From: Patescibacteria group bacterium
Lineage (GTDB): Bacteria; Patescibacteriota; Minisyncoccia; UBA6257; 02-FULL-45-10c
DNA: 52,566 nucleotides
Reading direction: 5' to 3'
Assembly: GCA_018969615.1 (NCBI GenBank)
Contig: JAGWYA010000001.1
Coordinates: 1 to 52,566, forward strand
Under the pieces are notes generated by a model. That model had not been told where the DNA came from. It saw only the letters and a program-made list of their open reading frames with translations, and made no database searches. Made by a program: the position numbers and the translations under genes. This document shows, one piece after another, positions 17,100 through 26,396 of the stretch (the stretch's first letter is position 1; each line of letters opens with the position of its first letter).

Positions 17100-17200
17100 G
17101 ACAGCGGCCTTTGAAGCCGTCAATCATGGTTCGAATCCATGTCTCCCTAGCAAATTTGAAGTAGTTTCGAACGTCGAAGAGCTTCTAAAAATTACTTATT

Positions 17201-17878
17201 ATGGGAAAATATTCGGTTGATGACTTAAAAAAGATGATTCCAGGAGTGTCAGAAGAAAAATTTCTTGTAGTTATTTCAAAAGGAGTTTTAAAACTGAACG
17301 ACGAAGAAATAAATACTATAACTTTTGTTTTCTTTCTTTGTTTATTAGCAGAGCTTAATATGGGCGCAGTTCTAACTGAGCCCTGGAAGCAGATAGAAAA
17401 TATTTCTTCTTTTGAAAAAGTAAAAGAAGCAAAAAAGTTATTAAACGAATTTATAACTGATAAAAAATTTACTGAACCACCATTAGACGAAGTTCTTAAG
17501 GGTTTACCAAATGAAATTGCATCAAAAATTCGCGCAGTTGTTATCGACCGCTATCGAGATAAGTCAATACTTGATATGGATAATCTAAATACATTTGGTG
17601 ATAAAATACTAGCGTATCAAGCTATTAAATCAAAAAATAATGTTACAAAAATTCTTTGGATATTAAAAGGAATGCGAGATGATATAAGTCATGGCAGAAT
17701 TATGGAATTAAAATACGAAGGTCAATTGCTTGTTAATAGAAAAGTAAAAGAGAAGCTCCTTATTGATTACATGGAAGCTTTTAGTAATCCAGACCATACC
17801 AAGTCTAATTTAAGCAGTCATTTACAGTTTACAGAAGAGGAACATAGAGAGATACAAAGATTGCTTGGGATGTTATAG
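17201..17878 (+). CDS. AT-rich hypothetical protein with HEPN-like RxxxxH motif
   Basis: Helical protein, TFGDKI...MRDDISHG; markedly more AT-rich than its neighbours. Confidence 0.7.
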   Translation: MGKYSVDDLKKMIPGVSEEKFLVVISKGVLKLNDEEINTITFVFFLCLLAELNMGAVLTEPWKQIENISSFEKVKEAKKLLNEFITDKKFTEPPLDEVLKGLPNEIASKIRAVVIDRYRDKSILDMDNLNTFGDKILAYQAIKSKNNVTKILWILKGMRDDISHGRIMELKYEGQLLVNRKVKEKLLIDYMEAFSNPDHTKSNLSSHLQFTEEEHREIQRLLGML

Positions 17879-18026
17879 ATTTTTAATCTCAAGTTATAGT
17901 CTTATTATAAGTCGACCGAGGTAACTCGATCAGGTGGGGCAAGTTTGAATTAGTATGGTACCGGCAGATTTTTATTCAATAGAAAATAGTTGTATAATTA
18001 TAGTAAATATTATCTTTATAAAATTT

Positions 18027-18479
18027 ATGACAACAATTCTTTTGGTGGGTATCGCGGGGGCGGTCATTAGTGCGATTACCGGAACGCTTTGGTATTCGAA
18101 CGCAACTCCTATGGGGAGGTGGCATATGCAATACCTTGGTTTTGACCGATTATCGAATGAAGAGAAGGAAAAAATGATCGCCGACGCAAAGCCGAGGATG
18201 TGGAAAAGCTATTCCGCGCAAATGCTCCTTTCGTTTCTCACTTCCTTTTTTATCGCGTTCGTGACGAGCTATACCGTTCAGAACGGCGGACCGGCGAGCG
18301 CTGTCTTTTTTTATGTTCCGATGATCTGGATCGCGTTTACGGTGCCGGTGATCGGACAGAATATCCTGTGGGGGAGATCTAAGGGAAGCCTTGCATGGAA
18401 AAGATTCATCTCCGAAAGTTCCTACAACTTGATCACGTTTCTTATCATCGCTTCCGTAGCGGCTGCGGTGATCAAATAG
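18027..18479 (+). CDS. DUF1761-like 4-TM membrane protein
   Basis: GTLWYS...G.W motif and 4 TM helices; start revised to 18027. Confidence 0.7.
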   Translation: MTTILLVGIAGAVISAITGTLWYSNATPMGRWHMQYLGFDRLSNEEKEKMIADAKPRMWKSYSAQMLLSFLTSFFIAFVTSYTVQNGGPASAVFFYVPMIWIAFTVPVIGQNILWGRSKGSLAWKRFISESSYNLITFLIIASVAAAVIK

Positions 18480-18553
18480 AGGTTTTTTAGATCCGATACT
18501 CAGTGTGATATTAATTTGGGACGAAAGTTATCCGAGAAGGACGATTTTTACAT

Positions 18554-19069
18554 ATGAAGGCAAAAGTTGTACGAGTGAACGACACGATGCAAAAAGGATA
18601 CCGGTATACTTTGACTGAGCCGATGGGGAAGCATTTTGATCCGCGATTCAAACCCGAGCTCACCCCGAAGCAAATGCTCGCGCTCGGTGTTTTCGGCGGC
18701 GTCTATATGCGCGACTGTGTTAAAGAGTTTCCGCGGGATTGGTTTACCAAAGCAAAGCTTCAAAAGAAAGGTACCTTTGAACATGATCCAAGGATCAATC
18801 TCTTCGGCGTGAATGCCAGTCAGCCGCTTTCGGTTTGGCGCAAGAAGGGCTGGATCTATAAAGATGATCCGCGCGGATGGTTCCAATGGTATTGCCGGTA
18901 TTATTGCGGCCGCCGATCCGCTGATGACGACCGTCAGATCAAGCGATGGAGGGCTATAGCGCGCCATGTCGCGCAGCTCAAAAAGCATTGCCGGAAAGGG
19001 GACCGCTCCTGCCGGCCGGTGCAGCGCCAAGCGCTTTTGCACTGGGCATATGACAGCAGGAAAATATAG
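18554..19069 (+). CDS. Conserved hypothetical basic protein
   Basis: FKPELTP.QML.LGVFGG, DPRGWFQWYCRYY, RQALLHWAYD. Confidence 0.8.
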   Translation: MKAKVVRVNDTMQKGYRYTLTEPMGKHFDPRFKPELTPKQMLALGVFGGVYMRDCVKEFPRDWFTKAKLQKKGTFEHDPRINLFGVNASQPLSVWRKKGWIYKDDPRGWFQWYCRYYCGRRSADDDRQIKRWRAIARHVAQLKKHCRKGDRSCRPVQRQALLHWAYDSRKI

Positions 19070-19115
19070 CTTTTTGAGCCTATAAGGCGCGGGCGTGTGT
19101 TACTATAAAAGGACT

Positions 19116-20582
19116 ATGGCGAAGACGTCCCAGCATCAGCACATTGATCTTCAGGAGATCGCGCGGCAGGTTATGCGGGCGCGGGGGTTCGATCCGGATT
19201 TCCCTCCTCAGGTTCGCCGTCAGGTAAAGGGATTAAAAGCGCATGCATCGCGGGTTTCGCCGAATGTAGACATCCAAGATCTGCGCAAGCTTCCGTGGTC
19301 TTCAATCGACAATGACACATCGCGTGATCTGGACCAGATCGAAGTGGCTGAGCGATCGCGGAATGGCGATGTGAAAGTCAGGGTTGCGATCGCTGATCTC
19401 GATGTGTTCGTGGGCAAAGAGACGCCGATTGACGCTTACGCCGGCTTTGAGACCACGACGGTCTATGCGGGCGTCACAAATTTTCCGATGCTTCCGGAAG
19501 AGCTCTGTTACGATGCGTCTTCGCTGGTCGAGAATGCCGACCGGTTTGCGATCGTGACTGAGTTCGTTGTCCGGTCTGACGGCACGCTCCGTTCCGGAGA
19601 TATTTATCGCGCGATCGTGCGGAATCATGCTCAGCTGACCTATGTCGCCGTGGGAAGGTGGCTTGAAGGAAAGGGACCGGTCCCGCCGAAGGCGAGCTCG
19701 CCGGCCATCCAGGCTCAGTTGAAGCTGCAGGATGCGGTTGCACAAAAACTGAAGCAGCGGCGCTATGAGCAGGGCGCGCTTTATGTGGAATCGATCGAGA
19801 TCAGTCCGGTGTTCCAGCGAAATAAGATCGTTGATATTGTGAACCAGGAAAAGAGCCGCGCGACTGATCTTATCGAAGATTTTATGATCGCCGCGAACGG
19901 CGTTGTCGCTCGCAGATTGGAAGGGGTCTCTTCGATCCGCCGCGTAGTAAAAACGCCGCAACGCTGGGACCGAATCGTGAGCCTTGCCGCCGCTAACGGC
20001 AGCAAGCTTCCCGCCGCTCCCTCAAGCAAAGCGCTGAACCAATTCTTGTTAAAACGGAAAGCCGCCGACCCTGATCATTTTGCCGATCTTTCGTTGGCGG
20101 TGATCAAGCTGATCGGCCGGGGAGAATATGTCTTAGAACAAAAAGGAGGAAAGCGGCAGGGGCATTTTGGGCTTGCAGTGCAGGATTATGCGCACTCCAC
20201 CGCACCGAACCGCCGCTTCGCCGATATGGTGACGCAGCGGCTGATCAAAGCGATGCTTGCCGGTAATCCCGCTCCGTATACGGATAGTGAACTTGCTGCG
20301 ATCGCCCAGGACTGCACATTGAAAGAAGACCAGGCGAATCGCGTTGAGCGTGATATGTCAAAGCGGATCGCCGCGGTCGCGATGAGCCGGAGGATCGGCG
20401 AGGTTTTCAGCGCCGTGGTCACCGGCGTGAAGCCGCAGGGAACGTTCGTGCGCATCCTTCATCCTCACGTGGAGGGCATGTTGGTACAAGGCGGGGCAAG
20501 GCTTGATGTCGGCGATCGGTTGCAGGTGAAGCTGGTGCATACCGATATCGCGCGGGGATACATCGATTTTGCGGCGGTATAA
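19116..20582 (+). CDS. RNB-domain exoribonuclease (RNase II/R family) with C-terminal S1
   Basis: SIDNDTSRDLDQ, LIEDFMIAAN, HFGLA..DYAHSTAPNRRFAD. Confidence 0.9.
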   Translation: MAKTSQHQHIDLQEIARQVMRARGFDPDFPPQVRRQVKGLKAHASRVSPNVDIQDLRKLPWSSIDNDTSRDLDQIEVAERSRNGDVKVRVAIADLDVFVGKETPIDAYAGFETTTVYAGVTNFPMLPEELCYDASSLVENADRFAIVTEFVVRSDGTLRSGDIYRAIVRNHAQLTYVAVGRWLEGKGPVPPKASSPAIQAQLKLQDAVAQKLKQRRYEQGALYVESIEISPVFQRNKIVDIVNQEKSRATDLIEDFMIAANGVVARRLEGVSSIRRVVKTPQRWDRIVSLAAANGSKLPAAPSSKALNQFLLKRKAADPDHFADLSLAVIKLIGRGEYVLEQKGGKRQGHFGLAVQDYAHSTAPNRRFADMVTQRLIKAMLAGNPAPYTDSELAAIAQDCTLKEDQANRVERDMSKRIAAVAMSRRIGEVFSAVVTGVKPQGTFVRILHPHVEGMLVQGGARLDVGDRLQVKLVHTDIARGYIDFAAV

Positions 20583-20627
20583 GTTAGCACTCCGGTCCCA
20601 TGACGGACGTTGTAAGGATATGATACG

Positions 20628-21212
20628 ATGTTATTTATGGATGCACTTATTTTCGATAAAACAAAGACGGCATTAGTGGTGATCGATCTCCAGAAAGGGA
20701 TCGTGAACCGGAATGTCGGGCCGCATACCTCGGCTGAGGTGGTAAAGAATGCGGCGTCGCTCGCCGACGTATTCCGGAAGAATGCCATGCCGGTGTTTTT
20801 GGTTCGTGTCACGCCTTCGTTTGACCGGAAAGATGCGTTGCATCCTGATGCGGACGCGCCGATGCCGGCGCATATGCCTCCGGCGGATTGGGCGGAGATC
20901 GTTCCCGAGATGGGACCGAAGGAAGGCGACTTTATCATCACCAAGCGTCAGTGGGGTGCATTTTATGGGACCGAGCTGGATCTCCAGATGCGCCGGCGCG
21001 GGATCACGACGATCGTGCTGTGCGGGATCTCGACGAACATCGGCGTTGAAAGCACGGCGCGAGCGGCGTACGAGCTTGGGTATCATCAGGTCTTCGCCGA
21101 AGATGCGACCGCGGCGTTATCCGCCGAAGAGCATTCTTTCACCATGGCGCATATCTTTCCGCGCATGGGCAAAGTTCGTTCCACGGCGGATATTCTAACG
21201 GCCATTCACTAA
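20628..21212 (+). CDS. Isochorismatase/cysteine hydrolase family protein
   Basis: ALVVIDLQKG, KRQWGAFYGT, GISTNIGVESTAR. Confidence 0.9.
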   Translation: MLFMDALIFDKTKTALVVIDLQKGIVNRNVGPHTSAEVVKNAASLADVFRKNAMPVFLVRVTPSFDRKDALHPDADAPMPAHMPPADWAEIVPEMGPKEGDFIITKRQWGAFYGTELDLQMRRRGITTIVLCGISTNIGVESTARAAYELGYHQVFAEDATAALSAEEHSFTMAHIFPRMGKVRSTADILTAIH

Positions 21213-21213
21213 A

Positions 21214-22353
21214 ATGTTCAGCGCATTCTTTAAAAGTAAATTCACGCTGGTAACCTTTGGTCTTGCGGCGGTTGTCGCAGGGACTCTTTTTTTGGCTCAA
21301 GGAGCTCATATTACGGTTCTGACCGCCGACGAGTATCCTCAGACGGGGATCGTGAATCCCGATCTCGCGGCTTTGGCCGCGGCATCGATCACGCCGATGT
21401 ATCTGGTTCCAATGACGCCGGTCGACAAAGTTTCCTATGATGCGAACATGCTGTCCCTTGCGAACCTTTCCCGGTCAGAGCTCAAAGCCTATTACGCGAC
21501 CGCAACCTCGACCGCGACGACCACGGTGCAAAAGCCGTTATGGCCGGTGACGACCGCACCTTACCCGCTCGCGGGAGCGCTTCTGCCGTCCCATCGTATC
21601 GTGGCGTATTATGGAAATTTGGCGACGACGCAGCTGGGGGTCCTGGGGCGTTATCCGGTCCCGCAGATGCTCGATATGCTCGCAAGCACGACCGCGCAGT
21701 GGGCTGCCGCTGATCCGTCAACGCCGGTCATCCCCGCGTTCGATTATATTGTGGTGACCGCGCAGGGGCAGCCGGGAGCGGACGGGAAATACCGGCTCCG
21801 CATGCCTGATTCAGAGATTGACAAAGTTCTTCGCCTTGCCGGGCAGGCACATGCCATTGTGATCCTCGACATCCAGGTCGGACTGAGCACGGTCCAGGAT
21901 GAGCTGCCGCTGTTAAAAAAGTATCTGGAACTGCCGCAGGTGCATGTGGCGCTTGACCCGGAATTTGCGATGCATAACGGCATGGCGCCTGAGACCGTCA
22001 TCGGAACGTTGGATGCGTCCGATATCAATTATGCGGCGAACTACCTTGCGCAGATCGTTCAGGAATATCACCTGCCGCCGAAGGTGCTGATCGTTCATCG
22101 GTTCACTGAACATATGATAACGAACCCCGAAAAGATCACGCCGCTGCCGGAAGTGCAGATCGTTGTGGATATGGATGGCTTCGGCTCGCCGGCGAAGAAA
22201 GAAGGGACCTATGATTCAGTGATCGTCCCCGAACCGATCCAGTTCACCGGTTTTAAACTTTTCTACATCAACGATGTTGATGCCGGTCATATGATGAACC
22301 CTTCGGAAGTGCTGAAATTGAGCCCGCAGCCGAGCTTCATCCAGTATCAATAG
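21214..22353 (+). CDS. Secreted/membrane-anchored conserved hypothetical protein
   Basis: N-terminal TM; RIVAYYG, LDIQVG, VALDPEF, DMDGFG, GFKLFY. Confidence 0.75.
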   Translation: MFSAFFKSKFTLVTFGLAAVVAGTLFLAQGAHITVLTADEYPQTGIVNPDLAALAAASITPMYLVPMTPVDKVSYDANMLSLANLSRSELKAYYATATSTATTTVQKPLWPVTTAPYPLAGALLPSHRIVAYYGNLATTQLGVLGRYPVPQMLDMLASTTAQWAAADPSTPVIPAFDYIVVTAQGQPGADGKYRLRMPDSEIDKVLRLAGQAHAIVILDIQVGLSTVQDELPLLKKYLELPQVHVALDPEFAMHNGMAPETVIGTLDASDINYAANYLAQIVQEYHLPPKVLIVHRFTEHMITNPEKITPLPEVQIVVDMDGFGSPAKKEGTYDSVIVPEPIQFTGFKLFYINDVDAGHMMNPSEVLKLSPQPSFIQYQ

Positions 22354-22365
22354 CGGAAGAGGTTA

Positions 22366-23646
22366 TTAGGCCTTGTTGATCACGACCTTCTCGACCGTGA
22401 ATACTTCGCCCAGGTTATAGCGGCTTGAAAAGCTGACGTCCTTGCTGTTGATGAAGTACGGATCGCGCATGATATACCCGTTCGCGTCGCGGCCGGTCAG
22501 GACGATAAAGTGCGTTCCGCCGAAGACGTTCAGGCCGAGGATCACCGGATTGCCGGTTGCAAGCGTTGCATTAATGGTCGCGCCGACCCGGGATGCGGTG
22601 ACGCCGTCCACATTGATGGTATAGAGAAGATAGGCCGGATAATAGGATGCGAAATTGTTCGGATCGGCATCGATCGTCGCCGGCGTGACATCCCGGTAGC
22701 CGTAATGGGTCATGACCATCGCCATTGAGGTGACCAGGCACCCGGCGTCGGCAAGCGTATATTTTGTTCCGTTGAGCGATTGATCGCCCCACGCCGCATC
22801 GCGCTGATTGTAGTAGCATCCCCATGAATCGCAATTCGTTTGGTCGAGGAGAAGGCCTTTCGCGCCGGCGTTGGCGGCGAATGCAGAAAAGCTCGCGAGC
22901 TGCGCTTTTGCCTCAGAGAGGAGGGCTTGGTATTTTGATTCCTGACTGTTCGTTTGGACTAAGAGCTGGTCTTTGGCGCTTTTATTTGCGACGAGGTCGG
23001 CCTGCTGATTGATCAGGGCCTGTTTTTGATAGGAGAGCGTTGCCTGTTTTTGTTTGCTTGCCGTCTGGGAGTCCGCAAGCTGCGTGCCGAGGTTTTGCAG
23101 GGTCTGTACTTTGTTTTGGATCGCCCCCTGGATCTTGATCAATGCGTCGATGTTATTCCATGCGTCGGAAAGCGACCCCGAGATAAGGAGCTGTTCAAGC
23201 GGGGATTGCTCATCAGCTTTTTGAAGGCTGCGGATATAAACGGCGAGCGCCTGCTGATCGGTCTCGATCGTTTGCTGGGTGTCGGCGATGTCGGCGCTGT
23301 ATTGCTGGATCTGAATACTGGTGATATTGATCTGGCTTTGCGTGATGGAGATCTGAGCCTGTACCTTATTGCGCTGGATCGTCAGTGCGTTGATCGCATC
23401 CTGAAGCGTTTTTTTATCGGCGCCGATCTTGGTCAGCTGCGTTTCGTAATCGGCGATCTGCTGGTTCAGGGCCTGGACCTTCGCCGTATTCGCATCAAGC
23501 TGGCTTTGAAGCGTTGTGGTGCTCGTCGTGCTATCGGCATGAGCCTGCGGCACCTGCGGCCAGGGGGCTATACCGATGACGCCCGTGAGAATGCCGGCAA
23601 GAAGGAGCGTTATCCCGTGTTTATGCCGTTTTTGCATGCGATCCAT
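22366..23646 (-). CDS. Secreted coiled-coil protein with C-terminal C39-like peptidase domain
   Basis: Signal peptide, long coiled coil, YYNQRD..W, GCLVTSMAM, HFIVL, DP. Confidence 0.8.
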   Translation of the reverse strand: MDRMQKRHKHGITLLLAGILTGVIGIAPWPQVPQAHADSTTSTTTLQSQLDANTAKVQALNQQIADYETQLTKIGADKKTLQDAINALTIQRNKVQAQISITQSQINITSIQIQQYSADIADTQQTIETDQQALAVYIRSLQKADEQSPLEQLLISGSLSDAWNNIDALIKIQGAIQNKVQTLQNLGTQLADSQTASKQKQATLSYQKQALINQQADLVANKSAKDQLLVQTNSQESKYQALLSEAKAQLASFSAFAANAGAKGLLLDQTNCDSWGCYYNQRDAAWGDQSLNGTKYTLADAGCLVTSMAMVMTHYGYRDVTPATIDADPNNFASYYPAYLLYTINVDGVTASRVGATINATLATGNPVILGLNVFGGTHFIVLTGRDANGYIMRDPYFINSKDVSFSSRYNLGEVFTVEKVVINKA

Positions 23647-23787
23647 AATACCTTATTATACCAAACTTTTCCTCCCTTCCCGCAAGTAAAAAACAGACTC
23701 GCGCAAGCGCTGTGGATAGGCCCGTTCTTGACCGGCACCGCATACTTAGTTAAGATACTTATGTATTTATGCCAGTGCAGTCTTTTT

Positions 23788-24222
23788 ATGCCTGACCGGA
23801 AAAAGATCATTGAAGATATCGTGACGAACATCCATGTGATGAAGCATACGCTTCAGCCGCATCTGTTCCGTTCGGTCGGACAAACGCACGTTACCCCTTC
23901 TCAGCTTTTTGCGCTGATGCTGATCGAGCATGAAGAGGAAATAGGCGTCAAAGAGCTCGCGCAGCGGCTCGCCATATCTTCGAGCGCGGCAACGCAGCTC
24001 GTTGACGGGCTTGTGAAAGGAGGATATGCCCTGAGAAAAGCCGATCCCCGGGACGGCCGCGCGCTCCATATTGTGTTATCGCGAAAAGGGGAAAAACAGC
24101 TCTCGGTCCTGTGGAAAAAGCGCATGCAGCTCATGGGGGCTTTGTTCCGGGCGTTGAGCACTAGGGAATTGCTGGCCTATCGCTCGCTTCAGAAAAAAAT
24201 ACTTTCGCGCCTGACGTCCTAA
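23788..24222 (+). CDS. MarR family regulator
   Basis: ELAQRL.ISSSAATQLVDGLV, DPRDGR; start revised to 23788. Confidence 0.9.
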   Translation: MPDRKKIIEDIVTNIHVMKHTLQPHLFRSVGQTHVTPSQLFALMLIEHEEEIGVKELAQRLAISSSAATQLVDGLVKGGYALRKADPRDGRALHIVLSRKGEKQLSVLWKKRMQLMGALFRALSTRELLAYRSLQKKILSRLTS

Positions 24223-24226
24223 TACT

Positions 24227-25687
24227 ATGCATATCAATTCACGACAATTTACGCTTTTGGCGCTCATTGCTGCGACCGCGATCATCGCGGCCGCCTTCTG
24301 GGCTTTTTCAGGCGCGCTTCTTCCGTCGTCCGCCGTGCATACGGTGACGGTGACGCGCGGCGACCTCACTGAGGTGGTCACCGCAACCGGTCCCGTAACG
24401 CCGGTTCAGAGCGTTGATCTTGCATTTCAGATCGGCGGGAGCATCCGTACGGTAGACGCGAATGTCGGAATGCAGGTGGCGGCAGGTCAACAGGTCGCAA
24501 CGCTGGATAGCACTGATCTGCAGGCGCAGCTTGATAAGGCGAAAGCAGATCTTGCCACGCAGCAGGCGATCCTGCATACCGACCAGGTCACCTTGGCGAA
24601 CCATTATACGAGCGTGATCACCGCGTTGAACGATGCCTTTGCCAAAACGAACGACGCGGTCCGCAATCAGATTGATAATCTTTTCATCAACGGGGAAACC
24701 GATACGCCGAAATTGACGTTCATGACGTTCGATCTTTCCGCGCAGACGGCGGCTGAAGGCGGCAGATTGCACGCGCAATCCGAACTTGATACCTGGCGCT
24801 CTGAGCTCGACGCCCTTTCCGCCTCTCAGCCTGAGACTGCGCTCTATGCGGCGCTCCAGAACGGCCAAGAGCATATGCAAACGATCCGGGGCTTTCTCAG
24901 TTCTGTAAGCGATGCGTTGAACAAGTATTACGGGATCAGCCAGAGCCAAGCTGATACTGCGAAGGGCTATTTGGCGACGGCTACCAGCGAGGTGAACGCG
25001 GCGATCACAGAAACGATCGCGGAGCAGCAGGCGATCGATGCTCAGCAGGCCGCCATCGCGGCGCAGCAGGCGAATATCTCGTCATACGATGCGAACGTTC
25101 AGACGATCACGGCGCAGCTTTCGAAGACCGTGCTTGCTTCGCCGATCAGCGGCGTGGTATCCGTTCAGAATGCGAAAGTCGGCCAGATCGCGGCTCCGAA
25201 CGCGGTCATCGCCACGATCATCTCTTCGGCGCAGTTCCAGATCGAAGCCTATGTTCCCGAGACCGATATCGCCAAGGTTGCGGTCGGTGACGCCGCCTCA
25301 ACGACGCTTGACGCGTACGGGAACGGAGCTGTGTTTCCGGGAAGGATCGTGAAGGTCGATCCGGCGGCAACGATCGTGCAGGGCGTGTCGCAATATAAGA
25401 TCACAATGCTTTTTACCGCGTTCGATCCCCGCATTAAAGCTGGCATGAACGGCAACATCGCGATCACGACCGCCCATCGATCTCAGGTCTTGGTCATTCC
25501 TCAGGATTCCGTTATTTTAAAGAACGGTGCGCCGACCGTGCTCGTCGATGCCGGTCAAGGAACTATGGAGGAACGAGCGGTGCAGTTGGGAGTTTCAGGA
25601 AGCAATGGGATGGTCGAAGTGATCTCAGGACTGACCGAGGGCGAGCAGATCGCCGGTTTCGGTAATCCGCAATACGAACGAATGTAA
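24227..25687 (+). CDS. Efflux periplasmic adaptor (HlyD/MacA-like) with a long helical hairpin
   Basis: Split lipoyl motifs, SPISGVV, ETDIAKV, GMNG. Confidence 0.85.
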   Translation: MHINSRQFTLLALIAATAIIAAAFWAFSGALLPSSAVHTVTVTRGDLTEVVTATGPVTPVQSVDLAFQIGGSIRTVDANVGMQVAAGQQVATLDSTDLQAQLDKAKADLATQQAILHTDQVTLANHYTSVITALNDAFAKTNDAVRNQIDNLFINGETDTPKLTFMTFDLSAQTAAEGGRLHAQSELDTWRSELDALSASQPETALYAALQNGQEHMQTIRGFLSSVSDALNKYYGISQSQADTAKGYLATATSEVNAAITETIAEQQAIDAQQAAIAAQQANISSYDANVQTITAQLSKTVLASPISGVVSVQNAKVGQIAAPNAVIATIISSAQFQIEAYVPETDIAKVAVGDAASTTLDAYGNGAVFPGRIVKVDPAATIVQGVSQYKITMLFTAFDPRIKAGMNGNIAITTAHRSQVLVIPQDSVILKNGAPTVLVDAGQGTMEERAVQLGVSGSNGMVEVISGLTEGEQIAGFGNPQYERM

Positions 25688-25694
25688 TAGTGAT

Positions 25695-26396
25695 ATGCCA
25701 CACGATCACACCACAACAGAAACGCTTCTTCGCGAAGAGAAAAAAGTTCTCTCGGAGATCAAGGCCGAAGAAAAGATGCTCGCACGGATCTTGCGCAACA
25801 TATGGGTTATCGCAGGGATCACGATCCTTGTATGCGCGGGGATCGTTGCCGGAGCCTTATATTGGAATGCGCTCCAGAGCCGGGTGTATATTGAGAACGC
25901 AGTGGTCACTGCGACCGAGACCGATCTTGCTCCGCAAGGGCCCGGCATTCTTCAGCAGATTTTTGTAAAAGAAGGGGACACGGTGCCGACCAATGCGGTA
26001 GTCGCGCGCGTCGGAAATGAGCTGATCAAGACCACTGAAGCGGGAACTATCATCAGCGTGAACGCCGCCATCGGGAAACTTTTTAATCCGGGGGAAACCG
26101 TTGTGGGCATGATCGGGAGCGAAGAGCTTCGGGTCGTGGGTCATTTGGATGAGGATAAGGGATTGCAGTATGTTCATGTCGGCCAGGCGGCGGTGTTTAC
26201 GGTCGACGCGTTCAGTTCCAAGGAATATTACGGCGTTGTCGACGAGGTGAGCCCGTCATCGCGGCAGGGCGATGTGGTCTTCAATATCTCCGATCAGCGG
26301 CAAACCAATCAATTCGATGTGAAGATCCGTTTTGACGCCGCTCAATATCCGGAACTGAAGAACGGCATGTCCGCAAAGATCTGGATCTATAAATGA
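25695..26396 (+). CDS. Short HlyD/EmrA-like adaptor
   Basis: TM, VKEGDTV, VHVGQAAVFTVDAF, LKNGMSA. Confidence 0.8.
   Translation: MPHDHTTTETLLREEKKVLSEIKAEEKMLARILRNIWVIAGITILVCAGIVAGALYWNALQSRVYIENAVVTATETDLAPQGPGILQQIFVKEGDTVPTNAVVARVGNELIKTTEAGTIISVNAAIGKLFNPGETVVGMIGSEELRVVGHLDEDKGLQYVHVGQAAVFTVDAFSSKEYYGVVDEVSPSSRQGDVVFNISDQRQTNQFDVKIRFDAAQYPELKNGMSAKIWIYK

Larger units (their letters stand above)
16700..17149 (+). tRNA. tRNA-Gln(TTG) split in the D-loop (5' part 16700-~16718, 3' part 17096-17149); spliced or pseudogene
   Basis: TGGGAGATCGTCTAACTTG + GTAGGACAGCGGCCTTTGAAGCCGTCAATCATGGTTCGAATCCATGTCTCCCTA folds as a cloverleaf; anticodon 17111-17113. Confidence 0.85.

Noticed and set aside
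23026-23787. 398-aa MarR with long N-terminal extension
   Set aside because: The extension is antisense shadow of the coiled-coil gene; the real start is 23788.
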